The notes beneath the pieces are model-generated. The model was not told the origin of the DNA and ran no database searches. It worked only from the letters and a program-made list of their open reading frames with translations. A stretch of DNA of 64,000 nucleotides, taken from contig CAWANH010000028.1 of NCBI GenBank assembly GCA_963783375.1, forward strand, positions 1,600,001 through 1,664,000, read 5' to 3'. This document shows positions 18,853 through 28,973 of this stretch, piece after piece (position 1 is the first letter of the stretch; every line of letters begins with the position of its first letter). The stretch is from Candidatus Eiseniibacteriota bacterium (GTDB taxonomy: Bacteria; Eisenbacteria; RBG-16-71-46; JABDJR01). The position numbers were made by a program, and so were the translations under genes.

Positions 18853-20549
18853 GGATCGGCCTGAACGCCCTTCCCGACGCGCTGGCCGGACGGCGCGGGC
18901 CCGCGCTCCTCATCACCCGGAACAACCTGGCCCTGGGCCGGCGCCTGGCCGAGGCGACCCCCGCGCTCGACTGGACCGTGCTCACCAAGGACGACTTCCG
19001 CGAAGGGGCCGGGGTCCGTAAGCTCCTCCGCGAGCTTCGCTCCCGATCCTGGTCGGTCCTGGCGGTGGAGGACCGGCTGGAGGAGATGGGTCGGCGGCGG
19101 GATCTCTACCGCCTGGTCCTCATCCTGGGACGCGGGGGCGCCCGCTGGCTCCTCTCCACCGGCGAGGACGGGACCGAGGCGGTTCACGTCCCGCGTCTTC
19201 GCTCGCTTCCCCGGCTCCTGGGCGAGCTGGCCGGCGAGGCCGCCACTGCGCTTCGGGCGGTGGCCGGGGCGTGGATCCTCACCCGCTCCATGGCCCGCGG
19301 TACCGGTCGCGGCGCGGCCCCCCGGACGGCGGGCGCCGGCGAGCCGGCCCGGATCGCCTTCATCAAGACCGATTTCTGGTTCGGGCTCCGGGCGGGGGGC
19401 TCCATCTCCCATGCCCTGGGGGTCCTGGGCGGGATGCGCTCCCTCGGCTTCACCTGCCGGCTCTGGGCGCCGGCGCTCCTCCCGCGGGTTCCCGAGGGGG
19501 TGGAGCAGGTGGAGGTTCCCCCGCGCGCGCGCCCGTACCTTCTCGAGGAAGCGGCCATCGCCGGGTACAACCGCACGTTTCTGGAGAGCGCCGTGGCCTC
19601 GGTGCGCGCGTTCCGCCCCGACCTGATCTATCACCGGCACGGCATCTTCAGCCTGGTGGGGCTCGCCCTGGCCCGCGCCCTCCGGGTCCCCCTGGTCCTG
19701 GAGGTGAACGCGAGCGAGGTGTGGGCGCGGCGGGCCTGGAGCCGGCTCTTCTTCGGCAGTCTGGCCGAGGCCATGGAGCGGGCGGCCTTCGCCGGGGCGG
19801 ACCGGCTCTCCCTGGTCTCCGAGGAACTCCTCCCGGTGATCGAGGCCATGGGGGGAAGTCCCGACCGGATGGTGGTGAACCCCAACGGGGTGGACGTGGG
19901 GCGGTTCCGCCCGGCGGAGCGGGGGGAGGCGGTTCGAGAGAGCCTGGGGATTCCCGCCGACGCGGTGGTGTGCGGGTTCCTGGGGACCTTCACCCGCTGG
20001 CACGGCGTCCAGTTCGTGGCCGAGCACGTTCCCGAGCTCGCGGCCCGCGACCCCCGGCTCTATTTCCTTTTCATCGGGGACGGCGACGTGCGGCCGGCGG
20101 TGGAGCGGAGGCTGGCCGAGAACGGGGGCGCGGAACGGGTGCGGATCACCGGGCTTCTGGATCCGGAGGAGGTGCCCGCCCGCCTGGCCGCCTGTGATAT
20201 TCTTCTCAGTCCTTATCTGCCCTTCGACGACGGCAGCCCCTCGTTCTTCTCGCCGGTGAAGCTCTTCGAGTACATGGCCGCGGGACGGCCGGTGGCGGCG
20301 AGCCGGCTCGGGCAGCAGGGCCGGGTGGTGGAGGAAGGGCTGACCGGAGTGCTCTTCCCGCCGGGGGACGGCCCCGCGTTCCGCGAGGCGGTGCTCGGGT
20401 TGGCCTCGGATCCCGGGCTCCGCGAGCGCATGGGCGCGGCGGCCCGGGCCCTGGCCGAGGAGCGCTACACCTGGGAGGCCAACGTCCGCCGGGCGGTGGT
20501 GGGGCTCCTGCCCCTCGCCGAGCCCCGGTCCGGTGAACCGGAACCATGA
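18849..20549 (+). CDS. Glycosyltransferase family 4 with extra N-terminal domain
   Basis: AGGSISH, LEVNASE, NPNGVD, SPVKLFEYMAAGRP; ~160 aa unexplained N-terminal extension. Confidence 0.85.
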   Translation: MRIGLNALPDALAGRRGPALLITRNNLALGRRLAEATPALDWTVLTKDDFREGAGVRKLLRELRSRSWSVLAVEDRLEEMGRRRDLYRLVLILGRGGARWLLSTGEDGTEAVHVPRLRSLPRLLGELAGEAATALRAVAGAWILTRSMARGTGRGAAPRTAGAGEPARIAFIKTDFWFGLRAGGSISHALGVLGGMRSLGFTCRLWAPALLPRVPEGVEQVEVPPRARPYLLEEAAIAGYNRTFLESAVASVRAFRPDLIYHRHGIFSLVGLALARALRVPLVLEVNASEVWARRAWSRLFFGSLAEAMERAAFAGADRLSLVSEELLPVIEAMGGSPDRMVVNPNGVDVGRFRPAERGEAVRESLGIPADAVVCGFLGTFTRWHGVQFVAEHVPELAARDPRLYFLFIGDGDVRPAVERRLAENGGAERVRITGLLDPEEVPARLAACDILLSPYLPFDDGSPSFFSPVKLFEYMAAGRPVAASRLGQQGRVVEEGLTGVLFPPGDGPAFREAVLGLASDPGLRERMGAAARALAEERYTWEANVRRAVVGLLPLAEPRSGEPEP

Positions 20550-21337
20550 CGGAATCCGCACTCAAAGACGCAGTCCGCGCCTACTGGAACGAGCACCCCT
20601 GCGGGACGCAGTTCACCGAGCTGGACTGGGGCACCCGGGAGTTCTACCGCTCGGTCGAGGAGGAGCGCTACCGGCGCCAGCCCTTCATGGAGGAGGCGGT
20701 GGGCTTCCGGCGCTACCGGGGAAAGCGACTCCTGGAGATCGGCTGCGGCCTGGGCACCGACCTGCTCCAATTCGCCCGGAACGGGGCGGTGGTGACCGGC
20801 ATGGACCTCACCGCCCAGAGCGTGGCCCTGGCCGCCGGCCGCTTCCGGACCGAGGAGGTTCCGGGGACCTTCCTGGTGGGGGACGCGGAGAACCTCCCCT
20901 TCCCCGACGCCTCCTTCGACGTGGTCTACTCCTTCGGGGTGCTCCACCACACCCCCGACACCGCCCGCGCCTTCGCCGGAATCCACCGGCTGCTCAAGCC
21001 CGGCGGGGAAGCGGTGGTCATGCTGTACCACTCCCGCTCCTCCCACTACTATATCGGCTACCCCCTCGCCCTCCTCTCTCGCCTGCGCCGCGGAGAGGGC
21101 TGGATCTCGAGATCGGAGTATTTCCGGGTCTACGACGGCGACGAGAATCCCCTGGGAAAGGCGTACTCCCGGAAGCAGGTGCGCGCCCTCTTCCGAGGCT
21201 TCGAGATCCTCGATCAGAAGAGCTACGAGACCTGGCGGCCCAAGCTGGGCCGGACCGCCAACCGGATCCTGGTGGGTCTGGGAAGCCGCCTCGGGTTCTA
21301 CCTCGTGACCCGGGCGCGGAAGCCGGCCGGGCGGTGA
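20546..21337 (+). CDS. Class I SAM-dependent methyltransferase
   Basis: LEIGCGLG, GDAENLPFPDASFDVVYSFGVLHH, LLKPGG. Confidence 0.9.
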   Translation: MTESALKDAVRAYWNEHPCGTQFTELDWGTREFYRSVEEERYRRQPFMEEAVGFRRYRGKRLLEIGCGLGTDLLQFARNGAVVTGMDLTAQSVALAAGRFRTEEVPGTFLVGDAENLPFPDASFDVVYSFGVLHHTPDTARAFAGIHRLLKPGGEAVVMLYHSRSSHYYIGYPLALLSRLRRGEGWISRSEYFRVYDGDENPLGKAYSRKQVRALFRGFEILDQKSYETWRPKLGRTANRILVGLGSRLGFYLVTRARKPAGR

Positions 21338-21360
21338 GCCCGGGGTGAAGGAGGGGATGC

Positions 21361-22305
21361 GTGCCCGCAGGTGACGTCGCGGTCGTTCTGGGGGGGGCGG
21401 GCTTTCTGGGGTCCCACCTGGTCGAGGCGCTCCTGGCCGCGGGCCGCCCGGTGCGGGTGTTCGACCGGAAACAAGCCGACCTCCGGAACCTCGCTCACCT
21501 GGGTTCCGGCTGGACGTTCACCGGCGGGGACTTCGGGAACGAGGCCGACCAGCGGGCCGCGCTCGATGGGGCGGGCACCGTATTTCACCTCATCTCCACC
21601 ACCCTTCCCGCAACGTCGGCCTTGAACCCGGTCTACGACGTGGAGACCAACCTCGTCTCCACCCTCCGCCTCCTGGATCTCGCGGTGGAGACCGGGGTCG
21701 GGCGGGTGGTGTTCGTCTCCAGCGGCGGTACGGTGTACGGACTCCCCCGCGAGCTTCCGGTCTCCGAGGACCATCCCACCGACCCCCTGGTGGCCTACGG
21801 GGTGGTGAAGCTGGCCATCGAGAAGTACCTGTGGCTCTACCGCCGCCACCGCGGCCTCGACTACCGGATCCTCCGCCTCTCCAATCCCTACGGCCCCCGG
21901 CAGGACCCCGCCGGCATGCAGGGGGCGGCCTCGGTGTTCCTGGGCCGGCTCCACGCCGGGGTTCCCATCGAGATCTGGGGGGACGGAACGGTGGTGCGGG
22001 ACTACCTCTACGTGAAGGACGCGGTGGCGGGAATCCTGGCCGCCGAGGGGACCGGAGCCGGGGGGGGGATCTACAACATCGGATCGGGCCGGGGGGTGAG
22101 CCTGAACGAGCTGGTGACGGCGATCACCGAGGCCACGGGGCGCGAGATCGAGGTCCGCCATCTTCCCGCCCGCCCCTTCGACGTGCCGGCGAACGTGCTC
22201 TCGATCGGGAAGGCCCGCCGGGAGCTGGGCTGGGAGCCCCGGATCGGGCTTCGCGAAGGCCTCGGGCTCACCTGGGCCTGGCTCACCGGGAGCGCGTCCT
22301 CGTGA
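21361..22305 (+). CDS. NAD-dependent epimerase/dehydratase
   Basis: GGAGFLG, SSGGTVYG, YGVVK, SNPYGPRQ, GDGTVVRDYLYV. Confidence 0.88.
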   Translation: MPAGDVAVVLGGAGFLGSHLVEALLAAGRPVRVFDRKQADLRNLAHLGSGWTFTGGDFGNEADQRAALDGAGTVFHLISTTLPATSALNPVYDVETNLVSTLRLLDLAVETGVGRVVFVSSGGTVYGLPRELPVSEDHPTDPLVAYGVVKLAIEKYLWLYRRHRGLDYRILRLSNPYGPRQDPAGMQGAASVFLGRLHAGVPIEIWGDGTVVRDYLYVKDAVAGILAAEGTGAGGGIYNIGSGRGVSLNELVTAITEATGREIEVRHLPARPFDVPANVLSIGKARRELGWEPRIGLREGLGLTWAWLTGSASS

Positions 22306-22360
22306 CCCGGGCCGCGGCGGGCGCGTCCGGACGAGCCCGGCCGCCGGGGGGACCACCGGC

Positions 22361-23113
22361 GTGACCCCCCCCGTCGGGAAGGACGGCCGGCCGCTGGCCC
22401 TCTCCCTCTTCTTCCCCGCCTACTACGACGAGGCCAACATCTCGAAGGTGGTGGAGGCCGCGCTCCGGGCGGTGGGGGAGCTGGGGATCGCCGACCACGA
22501 GATCATCATCGTGGAGGACGGGAGCCCGGACCGGACGGGCGAGGTGGCGGACGGGCTGGCCGCCCGGTATCCCCGGGTGCGGGTGATCCATCACCCCCGG
22601 AACCTGGGATACGGGATGGCGCTTCGCACCGGCTTCCGGGAGGCGGCCAAGGACTACGTCTTCTACACCGACGGGGACAACCAGTTCGACCTCGACGAGC
22701 TCAAGAAGCTGGTGGCCCTGGCCCCCTACTCCGACATCGTCTCGGGGTTCCGGGTAGACAAGCAATACTCCACCTATCGCAAGTTCACCTCCTTCGTGTA
22801 CAACCTCATCCTGAGGATCCTGTTCGACATCACCGACCGGGACGTGGACTGCGCGTTCAAGCTCTATCCCACCGCGCTCTTCCGGCGGGTGGAGCTCACC
22901 TCCCGGGACGCGTTCATCGACGCCGAGATCGCGATCAAGGCCCGGGCCCTGGGGTACGCGTCCACCGAGGTGGGGGTCCGCCATCTCCCGCGCACCGACG
23001 GGATCTCCACCGGGGCCCGGCCGAGCGTGATCTTCCGGACGCTGCTCGAGATCTATCGGTACTACCGGAAGTACCGGGTGGACGGATACGACCCGGAGGT
23101 CAGGACGACATGA
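22361..23113 (+). CDS. GT2, DPM1/Alg5-like polyprenyl-phosphate sugar synthase (soluble)
   Basis: FFPAYYDE, EDGSPD, NLGYGMAL, TDGDNQFD, DVDCAFK. Confidence 0.8.
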   Translation: MTPPVGKDGRPLALSLFFPAYYDEANISKVVEAALRAVGELGIADHEIIIVEDGSPDRTGEVADGLAARYPRVRVIHHPRNLGYGMALRTGFREAAKDYVFYTDGDNQFDLDELKKLVALAPYSDIVSGFRVDKQYSTYRKFTSFVYNLILRILFDITDRDVDCAFKLYPTALFRRVELTSRDAFIDAEIAIKARALGYASTEVGVRHLPRTDGISTGARPSVIFRTLLEIYRYYRKYRVDGYDPEVRTT

Positions 23114-25299
23114 AACAGGTGGTCACCAACAAGGCGGGGGCCCTCGAGGTCATCGAGGTCCCGGCTCCCGGGACGCGTCCGGGGTTCGTCACCGTGCGGA
23201 CCGCGTGGTCCCTGGTCTCGGCCGGGACCGAGGGGGCCCAGGTGCAGGAGGGGAAGGCGGGGATCCTGACCAAGGTGCGCGAGCACCCGGAGCAGGTCCG
23301 CCAGGTCCTCACCAAGCTCAAGAAGGAAGGCATCCGTTCGGTGGCCGCCCAGGTGAAGGACAAGCTGGACCAGTGGCGGCCCCTGGGCTACAGCCTGGCC
23401 GGAACCGTGGCGGAGGTGGGGGAGGGGGTGGCCGACCTCGCTCCCGGGGACCGGGTGGCCTGCGCGGGGGCGGGTTACGCGGTACACGCCGAGTTCGTCT
23501 CCGTTCCCCGGAACCTGGTGGCCCGGGTGCCCGAGGGGGTGGATCTCCGCCACGCCGCCTTCGTGACCCTGGGGGCCATCGCGCTCCACGGGGTGCGCCG
23601 CGGCGCGCCGGCCCTGGGGGAGAACGCCCTGGTGGTGGGTCTCGGCCTGGTGGGCCAGCTGGCCGCGCAGTTCCTCCGCGCCTCCGGCGCGCGGGTGGCG
23701 GTGAGCGATCTGGATCGCGGGCGGATGGATCTGGCGGCGCGGCTGGGGGCGGACCTGGTCCTCGACCCGGACCAGGACGCCGGGGCGTCGATCGCGGCCT
23801 GGACGGGAGGGGCGGGGCTCGACCTGGCCCTGGTGTGCGCGGCGACCCGCTCCAGCGATCCGGTGCGCGCCGCCTCGAGGCTCCTTCGCGACCGCGCCCG
23901 GCTGGTGGTGGTGGGGGACGTGGGGATGGAGCTGGAGCGCGGCCCGTTCTACGCGAAGGAGCTGGACTTCACCCTGAGCCGCTCCTACGGCCCCGGCCGC
24001 TACGACCCGCTCTACGAGGAGGGCGGGGTGGACTACCCGGTGGGCTACGTGCGCTGGACCGAGGGGCGCAACCTCGGGGCGGTGCTGGCGCTCATCCAGA
24101 GCGGCGACCTCCGGGTGGAGGAGCTGGTGACCGACGAGGTCGCGGTGGCCGAGGCCCCCGCCGCCTACGAACGCATTCTTTCCGGGGCGGGCGCCCTCGG
24201 CACCCTCCTCCGTTACGACCATGCCGCCGAGGCCCCGGCGCGGACCCTCGATCTTCCCCCCGCCCCGGCGGCGGCGGGAACGGTGGGGGTGCTCCTGGTG
24301 GGCGCGGGGAGCTTCGCCCGCGCCTTCCATCTCCCGAACCTCGCCGCCGAGCCGCGCTTCCGCCTGGCCGGGGTGGTCTCGGGCTCGGGGGCCAACGCCC
24401 GCCACGCGGCGGAGAAGCACGGGGCGGCGTTCGCCGGCACCGATCTCACCGAGGCGCTGGCCCGCCCCGAGGTGACCGCGGTCCTCATCTCCACCCGCCA
24501 CCACCTCCACGTCCCCCAGGCCGCGGCGGCCATCGCCGCCGGGAAGCACGTCCTGGTGGAGAAGCCCCTGGCCCTGGACGCCGAGGGGCTTCGGACCCTC
24601 GCCTCGGCGCTGCGCGCGCACCCGGTGCGGGTCGCGGTGGGGTTCAACCGCCGCTTCGCTCCCCTGACCCGGGCCCTCATGGGGCTCCTTGCCGGCCGGC
24701 AGGGGCCGCTCCACGGGGTTTACCGGATGAACGCGGGCCGAATCCCTCTCACCCACTGGGCCAACGATCCGGTGGAGGGGGGCGGTCGGATCCTCGGCGA
24801 GGGGTGCCACATCTTCGATCTCATGAACGCGCTCACCGGGAGCGAGCCGGTCTCGGTGGCCGCGCAGAAGCTCCGCTCGCCCGATCCGGAGGTGGTCGAC
24901 GACGACAACCTCACCGCCACCGTGAGCTACGCCGACGGATCGCTCATGACCCTCATCTACTCCACCCAGGGACCCAAGGGCTACCCCAAGGAGCAGCTCG
25001 AGGTCTTCGCCCCCGGGCTGGCCGCGACCCTCACCGACTACCGGCGGCTGGAGTGGACGGGCGCGCGTTCGGGGCGGAAGGCCCTGCGGGCCGAGGACAA
25101 GGGACAGGGGGCGGAGATGAAGGCCTGGGCCGGGTACCTGACCGGCGGCGACGCGGCGGCGCTGGGGGTGGCCGACTTCGACGCCGCCGCGCTTTCCACC
25201 TGGCTCACGCTTCGCGCCCTGGAGGCGGCCCGGACCGGCGCCGTGCTTCCGGTGGCCGCGACCCTGGCCGAGGCGTTGGGCGCGCCCGGTCCCTCGTAG
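23110..25299 (+). CDS. Bi-domain oxidoreductase (MDR/zinc-binding dehydrogenase fused to Gfo/Idh/MocA)
   Basis: SLVSAGTE, GLGLVG and SRSYGPGRYDP in the N-half; GAGSFA, EKPLA, GFNRRFAP and GEGCHIFD in the C-half. Confidence 0.9.
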   Translation: MKQVVTNKAGALEVIEVPAPGTRPGFVTVRTAWSLVSAGTEGAQVQEGKAGILTKVREHPEQVRQVLTKLKKEGIRSVAAQVKDKLDQWRPLGYSLAGTVAEVGEGVADLAPGDRVACAGAGYAVHAEFVSVPRNLVARVPEGVDLRHAAFVTLGAIALHGVRRGAPALGENALVVGLGLVGQLAAQFLRASGARVAVSDLDRGRMDLAARLGADLVLDPDQDAGASIAAWTGGAGLDLALVCAATRSSDPVRAASRLLRDRARLVVVGDVGMELERGPFYAKELDFTLSRSYGPGRYDPLYEEGGVDYPVGYVRWTEGRNLGAVLALIQSGDLRVEELVTDEVAVAEAPAAYERILSGAGALGTLLRYDHAAEAPARTLDLPPAPAAAGTVGVLLVGAGSFARAFHLPNLAAEPRFRLAGVVSGSGANARHAAEKHGAAFAGTDLTEALARPEVTAVLISTRHHLHVPQAAAAIAAGKHVLVEKPLALDAEGLRTLASALRAHPVRVAVGFNRRFAPLTRALMGLLAGRQGPLHGVYRMNAGRIPLTHWANDPVEGGGRILGEGCHIFDLMNALTGSEPVSVAAQKLRSPDPEVVDDDNLTATVSYADGSLMTLIYSTQGPKGYPKEQLEVFAPGLAATLTDYRRLEWTGARSGRKALRAEDKGQGAEMKAWAGYLTGGDAAALGVADFDAAALSTWLTLRALEAARTGAVLPVAATLAEALGAPGPS

Positions 25300-25300
25300 G

Positions 25301-27266
25301 ATGGGCATTCTCGCCGACCTCCGGTACTTCGGTCCATCGCTGGGTCTCGGCCGCGGGGCCTCGCTGCTCCAGGCGAAAGCGAAGAAGGCGGTCGGGAAGT
25401 CCCGGGTCCACCGGGCGCTGCGCCGCGGCGAATCCGACCGGGCGCTTCTCGACCGGCTCGGCCTTCCCGCCGAGGCCGCCGCCCGCCGCGAACGGCTCCA
25501 GCAGCTTCTGGAGCCGCTGGCCCGTCTCGGCCTCCCCGACGTCCCGCCCGACCCGGCCGGCGTGGAAGCCCGGGCGGAGGCGGTCCTGGCCGGGCGGCAG
25601 GTCCTCTTCGGGCGCGAGGTGGAGACCGGCTGGCCCCCGCGATGGAGCTGGCGGTGGGAGGGGACGGAGAACGCCGCGCTCCTGGCCGCCGACGTCCGGA
25701 GTACCTGGGAGATCCAGCGTCTTCAGGGGATCCTCCCGCTGGCCCGCGGGGCGCGGCTCGCCGCCGATCCCGGGTGCGGCGCGCGCTACGCCGAGGCCTA
25801 CGTCCTGGCCCTGTTCGATTTCCACCGGGCCCACCCCGGCCCCGACGGCCTCGCCTGGGAGAGCGCCCTGGAGCTGGGACTCCGCCTGGTCGCCCTGGTC
25901 CAGGGGCTGGCGCTCATCGCCCCCAGCGCGGCCTTTGCCGCCTCCGACGTGGCGCTGGTGAAGCTGGTGGACCGCCACGCCCGCGCCCTCGCCGCCGACC
26001 TCTCGCTCGACAAGGTGGTGCGGGGGAACCATCTCCTGGGGGAGCTGGCCGGGCTCCTCGCCGCGGGCCGGCTCTTCCCCGAGGCCGCCCCGGCCTGGTG
26101 GGGGAGCGTTCCGGTGGCCGAGATCCTGGAGGCGGAGATCCTCCGCCAGTTCCATCCCGACGGGGTGAGCGTGGAGCAGTCGCTCACCTACGAGAAGTTC
26201 GTGCTCGAGTTCCTGGCCGTGGCCGGAGAGGCGTCGGAGCTTCGCGGCGCGCCGTTCTCCGCTCCGGTCCGGGAGCGGCTCGCGGCCGCCACCGCCCACC
26301 TCGAGGCGGTAACCGCCCCCGACGGCGCGCTCCCCCGGGTGGGGGATTGCGATTCCGGCCGGGGAGCGGACTGGGGAGCCCCCGACCCTCATCGCCCGGG
26401 TGGGCTCCCCGCGCGGCTTCGGCGGGTGTTCGGCCCCGGCACTACCGGCGGCGCCGACCCGCCCCGGCCTTCCGGCTCGCCCGCCGAGGCCTCGGCCGGC
26501 GGACACCGGGGCCCGGCGGCCTCCGGCGCCGGGGGGAAGCGGAGGCGATCCACTTCCCCCGGGGGGGGCATGCGACGATCAGGACCGCCGCCGGGGATTT
26601 CCTGTTCGTCCGGGGCGGGCCCTTCGGCTGGGGAATCCCGGGACCGGCCAGCCACAGCCACGCCGATCTCCTCGCCCCGGTGCTGTACCTGGGGGGGAGC
26701 CGGTGTGGATCGATCCGGGGACCGCGGGCTACCGGGCGCCGGCGCCGCTTCGGGATGGGCTCCGGGGGTGGGAGGCTCATACCGCGCCGGTCTTCGAGCC
26801 GCCGCGTGGGCCCTTTCCCGAGGGGACGTTCCGGTGGCGGGGGATCGCGGTGGAGGCCGCTCTCACCACCGCCCGGGACGCCGACGGCCCCGAAATCGAG
26901 GGAGAGGTCCGGTGGGGGGATCGCGCTAACCCTTTGCGCTGGCACAGGTCCATACGCTACAATGAATTACATAGAACCTGGCTACTCCTCGACCGCTTTT
27001 CCCAGTCGCATCCCGGGCCCGTCACATGGGCCTTTCGCTTTGCTCCCGGCATCCAACTTGAACGGCTCGACTCCGAAGGGAGCCATGCGGTTATGCTTCC
27101 TTCGGGGAAGCGGTGGCATCTGGATCTCACGCCGGGAGGGGGATCGCGGATCGAGGAAGCGACGGTGGCCCCGGCCTACGGAACGGTCGTGACGGGGCCG
27201 GTGCTCCGCCTTAGGCTTGGGGCGCCGCCGACGGAGTTCAAGGTGTTCCTTACGCCCGAGTCGTGA
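25301..27266 (+). CDS. Heparinase II/III family protein, split by two indels in G-runs (~26531-26536 and ~26691-26697)
   Basis: N-domain [33 protein letters not shown]. Next frame: HFPRGG...HSHADLL. Third frame: IDPGTAGY...AHT...APAYG. Confidence 0.8.
26934..26963 (+). promoter_or_regulatory. Possible internal sigma-70 promoter upstream of the uxs-dpm1 block
   Basis: TTGCGC-N18-TACAAT in a locally AT-rich patch within the heparinase 3' end. Confidence 0.35.
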
Positions 27267-27309
27267 CAGGGTCCCGGGGAGAGGCTCTCTCCCCGCTTCA
27301 GGAGACAAC

Positions 27310-28242
27310 GTGAACATCCTCATCACCGGAGGGGCCGGGTTCATCGGGTCCCATCTCTGCGATTTCCTCCTCGCCAAGGGTCATCGTGTGGTGGCCATGG
27401 ACAACCTTCTGACCGGAAGCGTGGACAACATCGCCCACATCCGGGAACCCGGCTTCAGCTTCATCCAGTACGACGTCACCAACTTCATCTACGTGGACGG
27501 CCCTCTCGACTACGTGCTCCACTTCGCGAGCCCGGCCAGCCCGATCGACTATCTCCAGCTCCCCATCCAGACCCTCAAGGTCGGGGCGCTGGGCACCCAC
27601 AAGGCGTTGGGATTGGCCAAGGCCAAGGGGGCGAAGTTCCTGATCGCCTCGACCAGCGAAACCTACGGAGATCCCCTGGTCCATCCCCAGCCGGAGACCT
27701 ACTGGGGGAACGTCAACCCGATCGGACTGCGCGGGGTCTACGACGAGGCCAAGCGCTTCGCCGAAGCCATCACCATGGCCTACCACCGCTATCACAACCT
27801 GGACACCAAGATCGTCCGCATCTTCAATACCTTCGGTCCGCGGATGCGCAAGAACGACGGTCGCGCGGTCCCGACCTTCATCAACCAGGCCATGCGGGGC
27901 GAGGACATCACGGTGTTCGGCGATGGATCCCAGACCCGCTCCTTCGGCTACATCTCGGACCTGGCGGAGGGCATCTACAAGCTCATGCTGTCCACCGAGA
28001 ACGAGCCGGTGAACATCGGCAATCCCGAAGAGATGACGGTGCGCGAGATGGCCGAGATGATCATCGAGCTCACCGGATCGAAGAGCCGCATCGTGAGCGG
28101 CCCGCTTCCCGAGGACGACCCCAAGGTGCGCCAGCCCGACATAGCCAAGGCAAAGCGCACCCTGGGATGGGAGCCCAAGGTGCCGGTGCGGGAAGGCCTC
28201 ATAAAGACCGTGGAGTGGTTCCGGGGCAATCACCGGAGTTGA
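27310..28242 (+). CDS. uxs: UDP-glucuronate decarboxylase (UDP-xylose synthase)
   Basis: [65 protein letters not shown]. Confidence 0.9.
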   Translation: MNILITGGAGFIGSHLCDFLLAKGHRVVAMDNLLTGSVDNIAHIREPGFSFIQYDVTNFIYVDGPLDYVLHFASPASPIDYLQLPIQTLKVGALGTHKALGLAKAKGAKFLIASTSETYGDPLVHPQPETYWGNVNPIGLRGVYDEAKRFAEAITMAYHRYHNLDTKIVRIFNTFGPRMRKNDGRAVPTFINQAMRGEDITVFGDGSQTRSFGYISDLAEGIYKLMLSTENEPVNIGNPEEMTVREMAEMIIELTGSKSRIVSGPLPEDDPKVRQPDIAKAKRTLGWEPKVPVREGLIKTVEWFRGNHRS

Positions 28243-28257
28243 CTCGGGCGAGGTGAC

Positions 28258-28971
28258 GTGAAATCGCTGGTCATCGTTCCCACCTATAACGAGGCGGACA
28301 ACATCCGGCAGCTCGTTCCCCGCGTGCTGGAGCAGGACTCCGGGGTCGAGATGCTGGTGGTGGACGACAACTCCACCGACGGCACCGGGACCATCGTGGA
28401 CGAGATGCGGGAGACCGAGCCGCGGCTCCACATTCTCCACCGTCCCCGGAAGATGGGCCTGGGGACCGCCTACGTGGACGGGTTCCGTTACGCCCTGGAG
28501 CGCGACTACGATGCCGTGTTCGAGATGGACGCGGACTTCAGCCACGACCCCGACGCCATCCCCGCCTTCCTGGAGGCGATCCAGGAGGCGGATCTGGTGA
28601 TCGGATCACGGTATCTGAACGGGGTCACGGTGGTGAACTGGCCGCTGTCCCGGCTCATTCTTTCCTACGGCGCCAACGTCTACACCCGCATCGTCACCTG
28701 GATGCCGGTCAAGGATGCCACCGGCGGGTTCAAGTGCTTCCGCCGCTCCACCCTGGAGCAGCTGGACCTGAACGGGGTGAAGACCGACGGTTACGGATTC
28801 CAGATCGAGCTGAACTTCAAGGTGTGGAAGAAGGGGATGCGCATCCGGGAGATCCCGATCCTCTTCGTGGATCGCCGGGTGGGAGTCAGCAAGATGAACA
28901 AGAAGATCGTCTGGGAAGCGATGTGGCTGGTGTGGAAGCTCCGATTCTTCGAACTGACGGGAACCCTCTGA
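28258..28971 (+). CDS. Polyprenol monophosphomannose synthase (DPM1/Ppm1-like GT2)
   Basis: VPTYNE, DDNSTDGT, KMGLGTAY, EMDADFSHDP, DATGGFKCFRR, GYGFQIE, FVDRRVGVSKM. Confidence 0.9.
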   Translation: MKSLVIVPTYNEADNIRQLVPRVLEQDSGVEMLVVDDNSTDGTGTIVDEMRETEPRLHILHRPRKMGLGTAYVDGFRYALERDYDAVFEMDADFSHDPDAIPAFLEAIQEADLVIGSRYLNGVTVVNWPLSRLILSYGANVYTRIVTWMPVKDATGGFKCFRRSTLEQLDLNGVKTDGYGFQIELNFKVWKKGMRIREIPILFVDRRVGVSKMNKKIVWEAMWLVWKLRFFELTGTL

Positions 28972-28973
28972 TC

